A DNA stretch of 64,000 nt from Cladosporium halotolerans (taxonomy: Eukaryota), in assembly GCF_011745625.1 (NCBI RefSeq), contig NW_027191470.1, forward strand, positions 372,001 through 436,000, written 5' to 3'. Shown one piece after another: positions 10,450-21,899 of this stretch (positions within the stretch are counted from its first letter, which is position 1; each line of letters opens with the position of its first letter). The translations under genes were made by a program, and so were the position numbers. The notes beneath the pieces were generated by a model, which was not told the origin of the DNA, did no database searches, and worked only from the letters and a program-made list of their open reading frames with translations.

Positions 10450-11339
10450 ATGTCGGGTATAGGTGCAGAGCTGCCGCCACACTTACTGGCCAAGCGAAAG
10501 CGACAACAAGATGAAGCAGCGCAAGATGCACCCGCAAGCGCTTCCGGCGCAAAGCGGTCGCCGAGCCCAGAGGGCGCAGAGAAACGAAGGAAGGTCGCGG
10601 GACCGGCGATGCCGCCTGCGCCTTTAGATGAAAGGCCTACGGAGCCTCCAAATGCACAAGAAGATGAGAGTAGCGACGATGACGATTTCGGTCCCTCACT
10701 ACCACCCACTGGAGCGAAGTCAAACGATGCGCCAGCGAATGAGCCGCAAAGACCGGACCCGGATACACCCACCGTGCAATCCAAACCACAAAGAGACGAT
10801 TGGATGACTATGCCTCCGGAGCAGGACGGTCTGGCTTCGAGAATGGACCCAAGCAAGATCAGGGCACGAGGATTCAACACAGGAAAGGGCGCCAAAGGCC
10901 CAGCAGAGAAGGGAGGAGACAATTCAGCATGGCACGAGACGCCTGACCAAAAACGCAAGAGACTGGAGGAAGAGATGATGGGCATATCAAGACCTTCGCC
11001 TGGCGATGCGAAAGCACCTGGACCTAGCAAGAAGAAGGCGGGCGACGATGCTGCTGCTAAAGAGTTACAAGAGCGCACTGTGAGTATCAAATGTTTCACA
11101 GTACATTTTTTGAACAATGCAATGCTGACATACTATCGTAGGAGAAGGCTCGTGGTCCATCACTGATGGAACAACATAAGGGGCGTAAACCGGAGCAGGC
11201 GGAAGATGACCCTAGCAAGAGATCCTTTGACCGAGAGAAAGACATGGGTGTCGGTGGAGTCGGCCGTGCCCAGAAGAAGGAGCTTTTGAAGCAGGCCAGT
11301 GGCTTCTCGTCAAAATTCTCGGGAGGAAGTTATTTGTAG
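10450..11339 (+). CDS. GPALPP-motif / DUF3752-type conserved protein, 2 exons
   Basis: GAELPPH, GPAMPP and FGPSLPP motifs; RDDWMTMPP; SAWHETP. Intron 11080-11141 (GTGAGT..GCTGAC..TAG). Exon 2 reads EKARGPSLMEQH..DDPSKRSFDREKDM..FSGGSYL*. Confidence 0.8.
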
Positions 11340-12250
11340 AAACTATTCGATCTCGTGAGACAATTCCGTGTTACGCTTTCTCACAAGCAGCAAAACCCTG
11401 GATCCAAACGGCGTTATATAAAGGCGACTGTGACTACATTAGATGCGGAGAATCCAGAGCATCGTCGCCGTCATCAATGCGCGAGTGAGCTCACATCTCG
11501 TGGCACAGGCGGACTTTTCAAAACAAAAGACCAATGCCTGTCATTATTGCAAGCCTAGCTGCGATAAACGATATGGCTTGTGGCACGCACCGAAACCTCG
11601 TGGTCCATTTCTTAGCTCATCAACCTCACAATCAGCAAAGGACAGTGCCTCATCGATTTGTTCGCTATTCAACCCTACTGTTATTGTGCGCCAAACCCGA
11701 AGGTTTTTATTATTTCGCACAGCATGTCCCTGCAAATAACGTCACGCCTAGTAAACAATAATAAGGTCTGAGCTTCCCAGGACACGAGAGCGTTTGCGCG
11801 GCTAGTGGGCTGGGTGTGGCTGAAACGGTGCGCTAGCGAGCTCCTGCCGCGCCATCAGCCAACCACGCGCCGGTTGGTACGTCGCCAGCGCCCTCCTTGC
11901 GATGCAACCACCAGCCCTCGCATTATCGTGTCTCGTTCCTTGTTGACTATTGTCTGCCCGTCTCTCGTTTTCCCTGCCGGACACATCTGGCCCACTGCTC
12001 GTTTTTTGCGATCGACCTCGCGAAGTAGAATCACCTTGCCATTCGCGTCTTTCGCTGTTAGGCTTCCACACAACATCAGCGCTTGCGCCTCCAGACAGGC
12101 AGTGTTGATCAACCGCCTCCTTGGATCGCCTCCCTGGATCAGACCCTCGCTTGACGACTACCCTTTTCGCCGTAAATTGAACGGCGCCTCTCGCCCCATC
12201 TGCCTTGCTACTGCGCAGCGGCAGTCCATCGCCCTCACACCAACGCAACC

Positions 12251-12864
12251 ATGTTCGCACGCTCCAAACGCCAGGATGACAACCTGGGCTACGACGGCTA
12301 CAGCGGCTACGACTCCTATTACAGCTCCGACGACTGCTACCAAGAAGGCCGCTGCAGCTGGTGGTGGTCAAACGTAAGCTCTCTCCCTTCCAACCAACTC
12401 CTCAACCCACCTGAACTAACTCGACCTCCCAGGCCGGCCACGCAGTCCGCTACACGATCGTCGCCGTCCTCTTCTTCATAATCTTCGCCTACTTCCTCGG
12501 CGGCTACTGGCACGCGCGGCGCCGGCTGCGCAAGAACCTGCCGCCGCTCGCCTACCACCGCTGGATGGTCAAGCGCTACACGCACCCGCGCTACTACACC
12601 CCGCACGGCGTCCCCGTCTACGTCCACCAGCACCCCCAACAGAACCCCTACTACGGCCAGCCGCAGCACCCAGACTACTACGGCATGCAGGGCAGCTCGC
12701 ACGCGCCCCCGCCGCCGGCCTACCACGCGGGCGACGCGCCGCCGCCCGTTTACCAGCCGCCGCAGGGGAGCAGCAAGGTCGCTGCGGACCAGAATTATAC
12801 CGAGGCGAGGGTTGGGGAGAGCAGTGAGGTGCAGGCGCCTGGGCCGGCGGCTAGACCGAGCTAG
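12251..12864 (+). CDS. RCR-family (Congo-red resistance) single-pass membrane protein with PY motifs, 2 exons
   Basis: Intron 12374-12432 (GTAAGC..CTAAC..CAG) joins ..CSWWWSN to AGHAVRYTIVAVLFFIIFAYFLGGYWHARRRLRKNLPPLAYHRWM. The tail has PPPAY and PPPVY motifs of Rsp5-adaptor type. Confidence 0.75.
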
Positions 12865-13870
12865 GCGGTGAAGAGAGAAAGGAAAGACAGCACCGAGCGG
12901 GATTGTTTCTCAGGAATTTGGCCAAGATTGCATAGCGCTTCTTTTCACTTTGTCATATGGGCTGGAGGGGTGGGATACGGAGTTTTGTTTTGTTTGGGAG
13001 TGAGCTTTCGCCACGCTATTTCACCAGCAAGTATACCACCAGAGACGGACGATGGGAGGATGGCAGGGAGAGAAACGAGGAAAATGAAAGAGCCTCGAGG
13101 CGCAGGAAGCCTATATCTTTTTCTTTTTTCCATTGCATACAGTATCGCATAGCTCGTTTCAGAATGTCGATCGAGAGGCACCATGCCACCATTTGCAACA
13201 CAGTCGACGAGTCGAGAATTTGGAGGCGAACTCGAACAGTGCGGCGCAGCATCCATGTGCATATATGTACGGTTACATACAGGCCCCGCTACCTACAGTT
13301 GTGTGTCAGTAGCCCCAAACTGCCGAGCTCACGTGTAACGCGACGAAACATTACAGCCTCGAACCCGTTCGGTTTCGCCGTGCTCCACTTAGCCCGTTTC
13401 AGATTCTTCGTCCTCCGCGCACGCAGCAATTCGCATCGTGCGCTCGCAAACCACCACGTGCCTCGGTTTGCGCGATCGACCGCCATGTGGGAATCAACTG
13501 CCGCTGGAAATTGGTAGTGTGTTTCGCCTCTCCGCGTGTCTGGACTCGGTCGGAGAGAATTCCATGTGGCAGGTAGGGTATTGGAGGCGATTAGTGCGTT
13601 TCGGGGACCGTGGAATGGGCCGCCGAAAGTGCTGCTGCTGCTACTAATGGAGCTTGGCTCGCGCGCTGCAGGCTTGTGGTGCTTAATCTGCTTCATGTGG
13701 TCCGTCCTTGTAGCGTTTGGTAATGAGCGTCTGCTGCGTTACTATTTGCTCCAGCATTGCGGGCGCAGAACCACCCGCAGCCTCCCAAAGACACCGTATA
13801 TCCTGCCGTTGCTGGAAACAAGAGTGGTTTCCTTGGGAGACATTGCTATGACGACGTCATGTGAGACGCC

Positions 13871-14476
13871 TCACTCGCACGTCGAGAGCATGTTCCTGAT
13901 CACGCCAACCAGCGTTCCATTCTCCATAGCAGCCGCGACACGCTCCTTGTCGCCGAGCTGCTTGTTGACAGCATCCGCGGTGGTGTGCGTGCCCTCTTTC
14001 AGGCGAACATCGATGCGGAAACGAGGTGGCAGTGCGTTCTCGAGACGCACGCGGACAGCGAGCCCGATGACGGTGCCCAAGCTGCAGTGCGCGGTGGTGG
14101 GGGTCAACAGGACGGTGACGGTGGAGATGCGTGAGTTCGGGCTCGAGGGCGGAGAGATGGAGATGTCTGGAAGGTTGACGACGGCAAGACTGGCGAGAGA
14201 GTTGGGATGCTCGGGGTCTTGGATGGAGGAGATGAGGTCGTAAATTTCCTGGGCGTCGATCTCTTCACGGGGAGTGTCCTCTTCGTCGTCAGAAGCAGCG
14301 TCAGACACTTCCGGAGATGAAAGGTCGTCGAGCGGGACGGCGTAGGAGGGGTAGGCGGGCGCAATAAGAGAGTCGAAGAGAGTCGGCCGCTTTGCGGTGG
14401 GGTTCGAGCGGCGGCGGGATGGGAGGTCGGAGGCGTTGACAATGGTCGGGTTGGGGTTGTCCTTGTCGGCGTCCAT
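13871..14476 (-). CDS. CIA2: MIP18/FAM96B cytosolic Fe-S assembly protein Cia2
   Basis: DNPNPTI, EIYDLISSIQDPEHPNSLASLAVV, TPTTAHCSLGTVIGLAVRVRL, GTH and AVNKQLGDKERVAAAMEN. Confidence 0.93.
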   Translation of the reverse strand: MDADKDNPNPTIVNASDLPSRRRSNPTAKRPTLFDSLIAPAYPSYAVPLDDLSSPEVSDAASDDEEDTPREEIDAQEIYDLISSIQDPEHPNSLASLAVVNLPDISISPPSSPNSRISTVTVLLTPTTAHCSLGTVIGLAVRVRLENALPPRFRIDVRLKEGTHTTADAVNKQLGDKERVAAAMENGTLVGVIRNMLSTCE

Positions 14477-16247
14477 GACGGCTTGCTATGCTCGTGTCGG
14501 TGTTTCGGCGTCAAGGTTGTGGGTGGGATTGGTTTTGAGACGTTTAGTGGTTTCACTTGCACAGCAGGGTAGGTAGTGGCGTATGTGAGTAGTGTGCGCC
14601 GCTGTGCAGGCGACGAAGCCCCGCGCTGACAAAAAGATTACTGCCTCAGGCATGATTCTTGGCACGCCAGCAGCCCTCAAACACCATGCCAACTACCCAC
14701 TCGGCGGTTGGAACCCATAGAGCCACCCAGTTACAAGAATCCACCTGCTTCTTCAACCTTGTCATCACGCCTTCAGCGCAACCCGAGCGTCGGGTGCAAA
14801 GTGGACAGGGCTGCTGCGGTGATGACGACGTGCCGTCTTCGAAGATCTGGCCTCTCTGGCCTTCACGCAAACATCTGTCAGGGCAGCTAGCGCAACGCAC
14901 AGGGCGACGGATTGTGCCGGAAGGATCCCTTGAGTCAAACCAAGCTGTCTCAACGACACAAATGACACGCTCTGGCGCTGGCAACAGTCCCGGGCGGCTG
15001 CACACGATTCATGTTTCAATGCACACCTCGGCTCACGTCAAGCGTCAAGCGAAGAATATGTAAGCTGGGCCGTGGGCCAATCGACTTTTGAAACGGGAGC
15101 AGAAAGTCGCGCCTTCGCCGCCCAGCAGATGGTGGAGATGATGCTGTACCCTACTCTAATCTAGCTGGTTCAGTGCCCCGGGGTTTCCGGTGCGCCGACA
15201 GAGCCCCGACCGCCAGCAAACGCCCGTGCAGTGCAAGATGCCAGCGGACTGGGCGCGGAGAGATGGTAGGGTACTGCCGGCTCAGGCGGCCTTGGTGATC
15301 CCATGATGATCACGTTCTCGATAGCGGGCACTGCCTGCGGCTCCCGCAAACCGCTCGCTTCCAGCGCCGCTCGCCGCGGGCGCTTGTCTCACTACATGAT
15401 CGGGGTCACGAACGCAGCGCCAGCGCGCTCTCACATGCCACGCGCGGGCGAGCCCCAGGGTACCATGTACATCAATCACTAGAGCGCCTCGGTGCAGGAT
15501 CCTGGGCGGCCACGAGTGCGGGCGCGGCGTCTGGAGACGACCGCCACGGCCGAGCACCTGCGCCGGCGCATGCAGGCAACGCGCAGACGCGGTCTGGCGG
15601 GCTCAGGGCGACAGGCCGTGGGCGCCTTGGGCCGCGCCGTGCGGATGGCACAGTGCAGAGGTTGTTTGGCGATGATGTGCCTGGCAGCGAGGTGCCTGGT
15701 GCGCTTCCCGGCGCAGCGAATGGCGGCCCACAGCGCGCATCCTTCAGGCCACAAAGCCAACCCCACACCGAGGCACGCTAGGCAGTTGTTTCGCGAGCAC
15801 GCTCCCACTGGCTCCCCTCTCCTCTGCCCACCGTGCCACTGCCCACCTCGCCCACGCACCAAATCAAAGCATCGCCCTCGCCGCCCGCGCCCGGCAGCCG
15901 GAGCCTGTCCGTGTCTGCCCTGTCGTCCACGCTCTCGCACCGCGCCCGCACCCACCGCTCCGCCGCCGCCTCACGACATCCGCCCGTTTGCACCCCTGCG
16001 CCATCTCAGACTCCTCCACCCACCGCCACTTGGATCTTCGTCCTCTTGCTGCCACTGCCTGCGTACTCCGTAAAAGGGCATGGCGCTTCGGGTTGTGCTT
16101 CCGGTAGCGTCGTCTCTCTAGATCGCTTCATGTGTGACGCTCTGGGCCGCCCTGAACCATTGGCGAGTTTCAGCCTCTCTTACTGCATCCTTCAACAGTA
16201 GCCTTGCCCGCTGCCCAGCCGATTTCGAGCTTCAGGTCCTTTCCAAC

Positions 16248-19100
16248 ATGGCCGAACCTGCTGCTGCCGCGGCGGCCGCCGCTGGCGCTCCTCACACCAA
16301 GCAGTATGTATTCGTCGACGAGTACAACCGGCACAAGCGCCTGAAGGTCATGCGCGCCTGCGATGGCTGCCGAAAGCGAAAGATCCGTTGCGACGGCGCC
16401 TTGCAGAACGGCCCGTGGCCCTGCGGAGCCTGTGTGCGACTTAAATTGAAATGCGTACCGCCAACCCTAGACCCGGACGATGACCCGATTACTCAGACCG
16501 CAGAGGGCTCTGCTGGCAACACTCAATTCACCTTCCAGAACACCACTTTCAATCCAACCACCAGCAAATCCTCACAGCACACGTCCAGCCCTGCACCCAC
16601 CGACTATTCATGGACCGCATCCACCCGCTCGCCACTCAGCTCAGCGCCAACCTCCGCTCCTTCCCATTCAGACGGCAGCACATCGTCTGGGTTTCTCCCC
16701 CCGAAGACAATACCGCCTCAGGCACTTGTCCCAGGAGCCGAGTATGGATATCCACCGGCAACAGCCCCCAGCCAGTACCCGCCATCTCACGACGTGTCAA
16801 GAGGGGTGCGCACGCAAAGCCAGGTCTCGACCAGCTCAGATGGCAATCCTGAAGACGTCGAAGCTGCCGTCAAAAGCCTTACCAATCAAATGGGAGATCT
16901 CCGGGTAGAAATCACCAGTACTTCACCATGGATTACGAGCCACAACAAGAGCACTCAAAAAACGCATGCACGATCAATCGACGAGGGGGACGTCTCGCTC
17001 CCGGCAAGCGTGATTTCTGATACCACTGGCAGAATCCCTTCAGAAATGATGCCTCATGATGAGCGCGTCATGGACTACTTTGGATATTACTTCACTCACG
17101 TCCATCCGTATGTTCCTGTTCTGAACAAGCGACAATTCTATGAGCAATGGCAGACGGCTCCTGACACTGTCCCGTCGTTGCTGCTTGAGGCTATTTTTGC
17201 TTCTGTATCGCGCTATCTCGACCACCCTATTGATTGTAAGAGATGGCTTGCGTTAGCCGCTAGGCACGAGGAGAATTACAAGGATGTACCGGAAGTCAGC
17301 ACCGTCCAAGCCTTGATCATCCTCCTCAAAGCACGCGAATTTGCACCAAAACCTGGTTATTTCTATCGTTCCTGGATGTCTCTGAAATACATTATTACGA
17401 TGGCGATGGATCTGGATATGCACGAACATCACGAAAAGCATGGCGCTGGAACTCCGTGCAATCTATCACGAGCGGACTGTTTTATGTACACGCGGATATG
17501 GCAGGTCCTTTTTGGCCATGAGCTTATCATTGGTGGCCCACAAGGGAGGTCGGATCTCAGCATCGAAGCTGACACTGTCAATACAACCTTCCCATACCCT
17601 GTGCCGGATATTGATACTTTTGATTTTCAGTGCTCGAGGCGGCATACAATGATGGCGCAGGCGGGACATCTCATTAAAATTACGAATACCATGATGCAGG
17701 TCGGAAAACGAAAGAAAAACCCAACTTGGGCGCTTGACCCGGAAATGGAACGCCATGACAAGGATCTGGATGCTTTCTTGCAGAACCTTCCGACAGATCT
17801 GCAGATACATTATCCGGAGGATGGCAGTCCTCCTTGGCTTGGGGGCGACCACTACCTCGCTGATGTTCATGCCTACTTCCACCTGGTTGTAGTGATGCAT
17901 CACCGACCCCAATTGCAGACGAAGCTGGAGATGAAGCAGCCTAACTGGAGACACAATCTTGACATCTGCGTGGATTCGGCGATCAAAATGTGCAAGCTGC
18001 AGGAGGCTTTACTGCGCGATTTCGGGCTACACGGTCTCAATTTCATGCTTCGGGGCATCAATTTCACGGTGTACTGTGTCTTGACTTGCACCATGCTACA
18101 CCTCGTAAGTCATTATTTCTGGGGGTTCTAATCATCATTACATTAACATCATTAGGTTGCGATTACGTGTCCAGATCCTGCGCTCAACTCCCAAGCCCGA
18201 AGATACTTTACCAGGCACATGCGTGTCCTAGAGCAATGCACCTCGTCTACACAACCAGAGATTCAACAACAGATCAACGCCCTTCGAGAAGCCTTCAGCC
18301 GAGATACCAGCAAGCCTTTCGAGCTCAAGCATACCTTGGGCATGCACAGCCCGGTCATGGACCAGCACCTTGCATCAAGTACGGCCATGGCCCATACCAC
18401 GCAACAACCCGTGGTCGGACTGGATGCGCAGAATACGGCTCCCTCAACTTGGGCATTGACTCAGGAAGATTTGTCTCCGAAGAGTACGGATCCCTCGGCC
18501 AGCTACCTGCAATCCTTCGATGCAGCTACGGCGACCGCATCAATGCCAAACACAAGCTCTGTAACTTTCAACACGAACAGCTTTGACATGCCGCCTGCCA
18601 CCGCGTATCCTGGACAGAACTTCGGCCAGGCCACAAGTGCATCATACCAGCCACCTTACGCACTCGAGCGAGTATCCAGTAATGACCAACAAACCCCGCC
18701 AGTATGGGATCCGTCTGGCATTTTCACACAATGGAACACCGCTTTTGGGCCACAAACACCCCAGCAACCATCCCCACCTGCAGCGCAATTCCAGCAACCC
18801 GTAACTTCAACCTCTATGTTACGGCAACCCTTGCCGCAGCAGACCGTCAGCGCAGGCTTCCAGCCTAGCTACTATCAGCCTCCAACAACGGCAGCGCCAG
18901 CTGCTCATCCACCACGGCAGCAGTCAGCAATGGCCGCCAACCCATTTGCGGCCCCGCCTATGCAAACCGTGACGCCCAACATGTGGCAAGATGCCTTCAC
19001 GTCGGCGTACGTGTCGGGTCACGGTCAGAAGCGGTACAGAGACGAATCGATTGATGCGTCTGCGATGTATGATCCTTACGGAACGAAACGAAGGGGTTAG
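16248..19100 (+). CDS. Zn(II)2Cys6 transcription factor with fungal-specific TF middle domain, 2 exons
   Basis: ACDGCRKRKIRCDGALQNGPWPCGACVRLKLKC cluster; YFTHVHPYVPVL middle region. Intron 18105-18155 (GTAAGT..TAG) joins TMLHL to VAITCPDP..YFTRHMRVLEQC. Q/P-rich C-terminus. Confidence 0.9.
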
Positions 19101-19915
19101 GAGGGTTGCGATCAAATTCTGGCGCTGGTATGAAAGTATGCTTCTCGATTTTTTCCTCGGCATTCGATTCGAGAGCTGCATCGCGATCTACGTGTTATGT
19201 ACGGGCACGATGTCACTTCACATTTCGAATTGATGTAGACGACAGGGAAGGGAGACACGGGCACGGGACGTAGCAACTGCCGGCGCAACAAGGTCTATGA
19301 AATGAAACTCCAAAATGTTCGACACATAATAACACAAGCATGCAGAGACGACATTATTGCACGTTAACGTTACACCACTACCTCTTCCCTCCCGTAAGCA
19401 CAACCCAACCGCGCCAATCACACAGAAGCTCCCCCAAGCTTTCCTCGCCCGCCACGCCCGCCCACAGAAGCCTTGCAGATCGCTGCCTCTCCTCACTTAA
19501 CTGTGGAGCTTAAATGCGGGGGTCCCGCACCCGCAGGCGGACTTGCGGTTACTGCGATGGCGGAAACCCGTTGCTGAGTCGGCTCTGCAATGTACTCGAC
19601 TGTGTCGGCGTATGATTTCGCGGGAATGATTGACCGACGGTGTGAGGGGTGGGCGGTTTATGTGGATAGGGCGTGGGCGGGTATATGATGGTAGGTCGGT
19701 CGGTCTGTTCTTTCATGTTTTCTGGGAGGGCACGTTTCTGCTTCTTTTGTACGCTTTTCTTCTGACCGACTCGCTGTGATATATGGAAACCTGACATCTA
19801 CGAAGCCTGTTGGTGCTAATCGTGTATCAGATCGTTTTTGGGCATCAGTTAGCATCATCGACTTCGGCTATTTACCTTCAACATATAGCAACCAAGCAGT
19901 CAACAGTAGGCCACC

Positions 19916-21720
19916 ATGGCCATCTGGAACCGCAAGACGACGCCGAACCCATCGCCGAACGATGTCTCTACCAATCCTTCTCCGTCTGGGAAGGAATCTG
20001 GCGATCCCGAAGTAGCCATCCACGCCGAAACAACATCTCACAGCCTCGATCCGGAGCCAAGATGGAAGGTCTCCAAGGCAGGCGACGGCGACGTCGCGAT
20101 GGCCCTCTTCAATTCACCCGCGGAGCTCCACGAACCCATCTCCCCCGAAGAAGACGCTCGCGTCAAGCGCAAGGTCGACTGGATGATCCTGCCCTACCTC
20201 GGCGTCTGCTACGCCTTCTTCTACATCGACAAGACGACGCTCTCGTACGCGGCCATCTTCGGCATCCGCGAAGACCTCAACCTGCAGGGCGCCGAGTATA
20301 GCTGGCTCAGCTCGATCTTTTACTTTGGTTTCTTGGCGTGGGCCTTCCCAACCAATTTCCTCATGCAGAGGCTGCCCATTGGGCGGTATCTAGGCTTCAA
20401 CATCTTTCTCTGGGGCGCGTTCTTGATGCTTCAGGCTGCGGCGAAGAACTTTGAAGGCCTTGCGGCGCTGAGGGCTTTCGCTGGCGCGGCGGAGGCGTGT
20501 TCGGATCCGAGTTTCATGTTGATCACTAGCATGTGGTACAAGGTGAGGAAGCTTCATCTCATAGCACGTATGAGTAGACATCGCTGACGTTGATCAGCGC
20601 GAGGAGCAACCTCGCGCCATGGGCACTTGGTATCTGGCGAACGGCTTCGGCATCGCCTTGGGCGGCCTGCTGGGCTTCGGTATTGGTAACATCGACGGTG
20701 CTCTTCCGAGTTGGAAGTTTGAATTCCTGATCATCGGCGCGCTGTGCTGCATCTGGGGAACCGTGATGTACATTTTCTTGCCCGACAGCCCCGTCACTGC
20801 CAAGGGCCTGAGTATGCGGGAGAAGAGAGTCGTCGTGGAGAGGCTGAGAGGCAACCAGACGGGCATCGAGAACAAGCACTTGAAGGGATACCAGGTGAAA
20901 GAGGCATTCTGCGATATCAAGCTTTACGTTTTCTTTTTGCTTGGGATTGTCTGCAACATCCCCAACGGCGGTATGGTCTTCCGAATCTCTGCACGGTCAA
21001 CGCATCAACAGCTAATACCTTGAAACCCAGGGATCTCGAATTTCGGCACCATCATCATCAAAGGCTTTGGCTTTTCTACCTTAGTCACCACCCTCATGCA
21101 GATCCCCTACGGCGCCATCATCGCCATCAGCATCCTTATCTGCGTCTTCGCCAATGAGTACGTCGAGAAGAGCGGCCGGCAAGCCCGCTCCTGGTTCATC
21201 CTGCTCTTCCTCGCGCCCAACATCGCCGGCGCCTTCGGCCTCGCCTTCCTCGACCAGAACAACCAAGCCGGCCGCCTCGTATCCTACTACCTGACCGGGC
21301 CCTACAACGCCGCCTTCGTCATGGTCCTCAGCATGTCCACGGCTAACACGGCCGGACACACCAAGAAGGTCGTCACGAACGGTCAGTCCCCTCCCCGCCC
21401 CCTCCCCACCAAACAAAAACTAAGACCCCTTCCCAGCCGTCCTTTTCCTCGGCTACTGCACCGGCAACATCGCGGGCCCCTTCTTCTACCTGTCCTCGCA
21501 GGCGCCGCGCTACGAGCTCGGCATCTGGAGCATGATCGTGTCGCACCTGATCGAGGTCTGTCTGATCCTGTTCCTGCGCTTCCTGCTGGCGCGCGAGAAC
21601 AGGAGGCGCGACAAGATCCAGAGCGCGATGGAGGGCGGGCTCGAGGGGAGGGATCTGGACGCGACGGCGTTTGGCGATTTGACGGATTGGGAGAATTTGA
21701 ACTTTAGGTACATTTACTGA
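19916..21720 (+). CDS. MFS allantoate/dipeptide permease family (Dal5-like) transporter, 4 exons
   Basis: RKVDWMILP..FFYIDKTTLSYAAIFG, SWLSSIFYFGFL, NTAGHTKK and DLTDWENLNFRYIY. Introns 20543-20597, 20971-21030 and 21382-21436 restore one frame. Confidence 0.9.
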
Positions 21721-21899
21721 TTGGCCGTGAGAGATGAGGGGATGGCACTCGGCATACTTTGTAGGAAAGGGAAAGGGGATGATATGACGAATATAGAACG
21801 GATTGCGCGGCAGATTAGGCCGCAGCGTTTGAATTTTGTTTCTGGCTGGTATCATACATACATTTGCTCAAAATCTTGCTCCATTCCCGTTTACACAAC

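Noticed and set aside
13620..13660. GAAAGT / AATGGAGCTT resembling RNase MRP conserved regions
   Set aside because: The spacing is far too short and there is no complementary P4 partner.
14600..16070. Many overlapping Arg/Pro/Ala-rich ORFs upstream of the Zn2Cys6 gene
   Set aside because: Expected in GC-rich non-coding DNA; no codon bias or domains.
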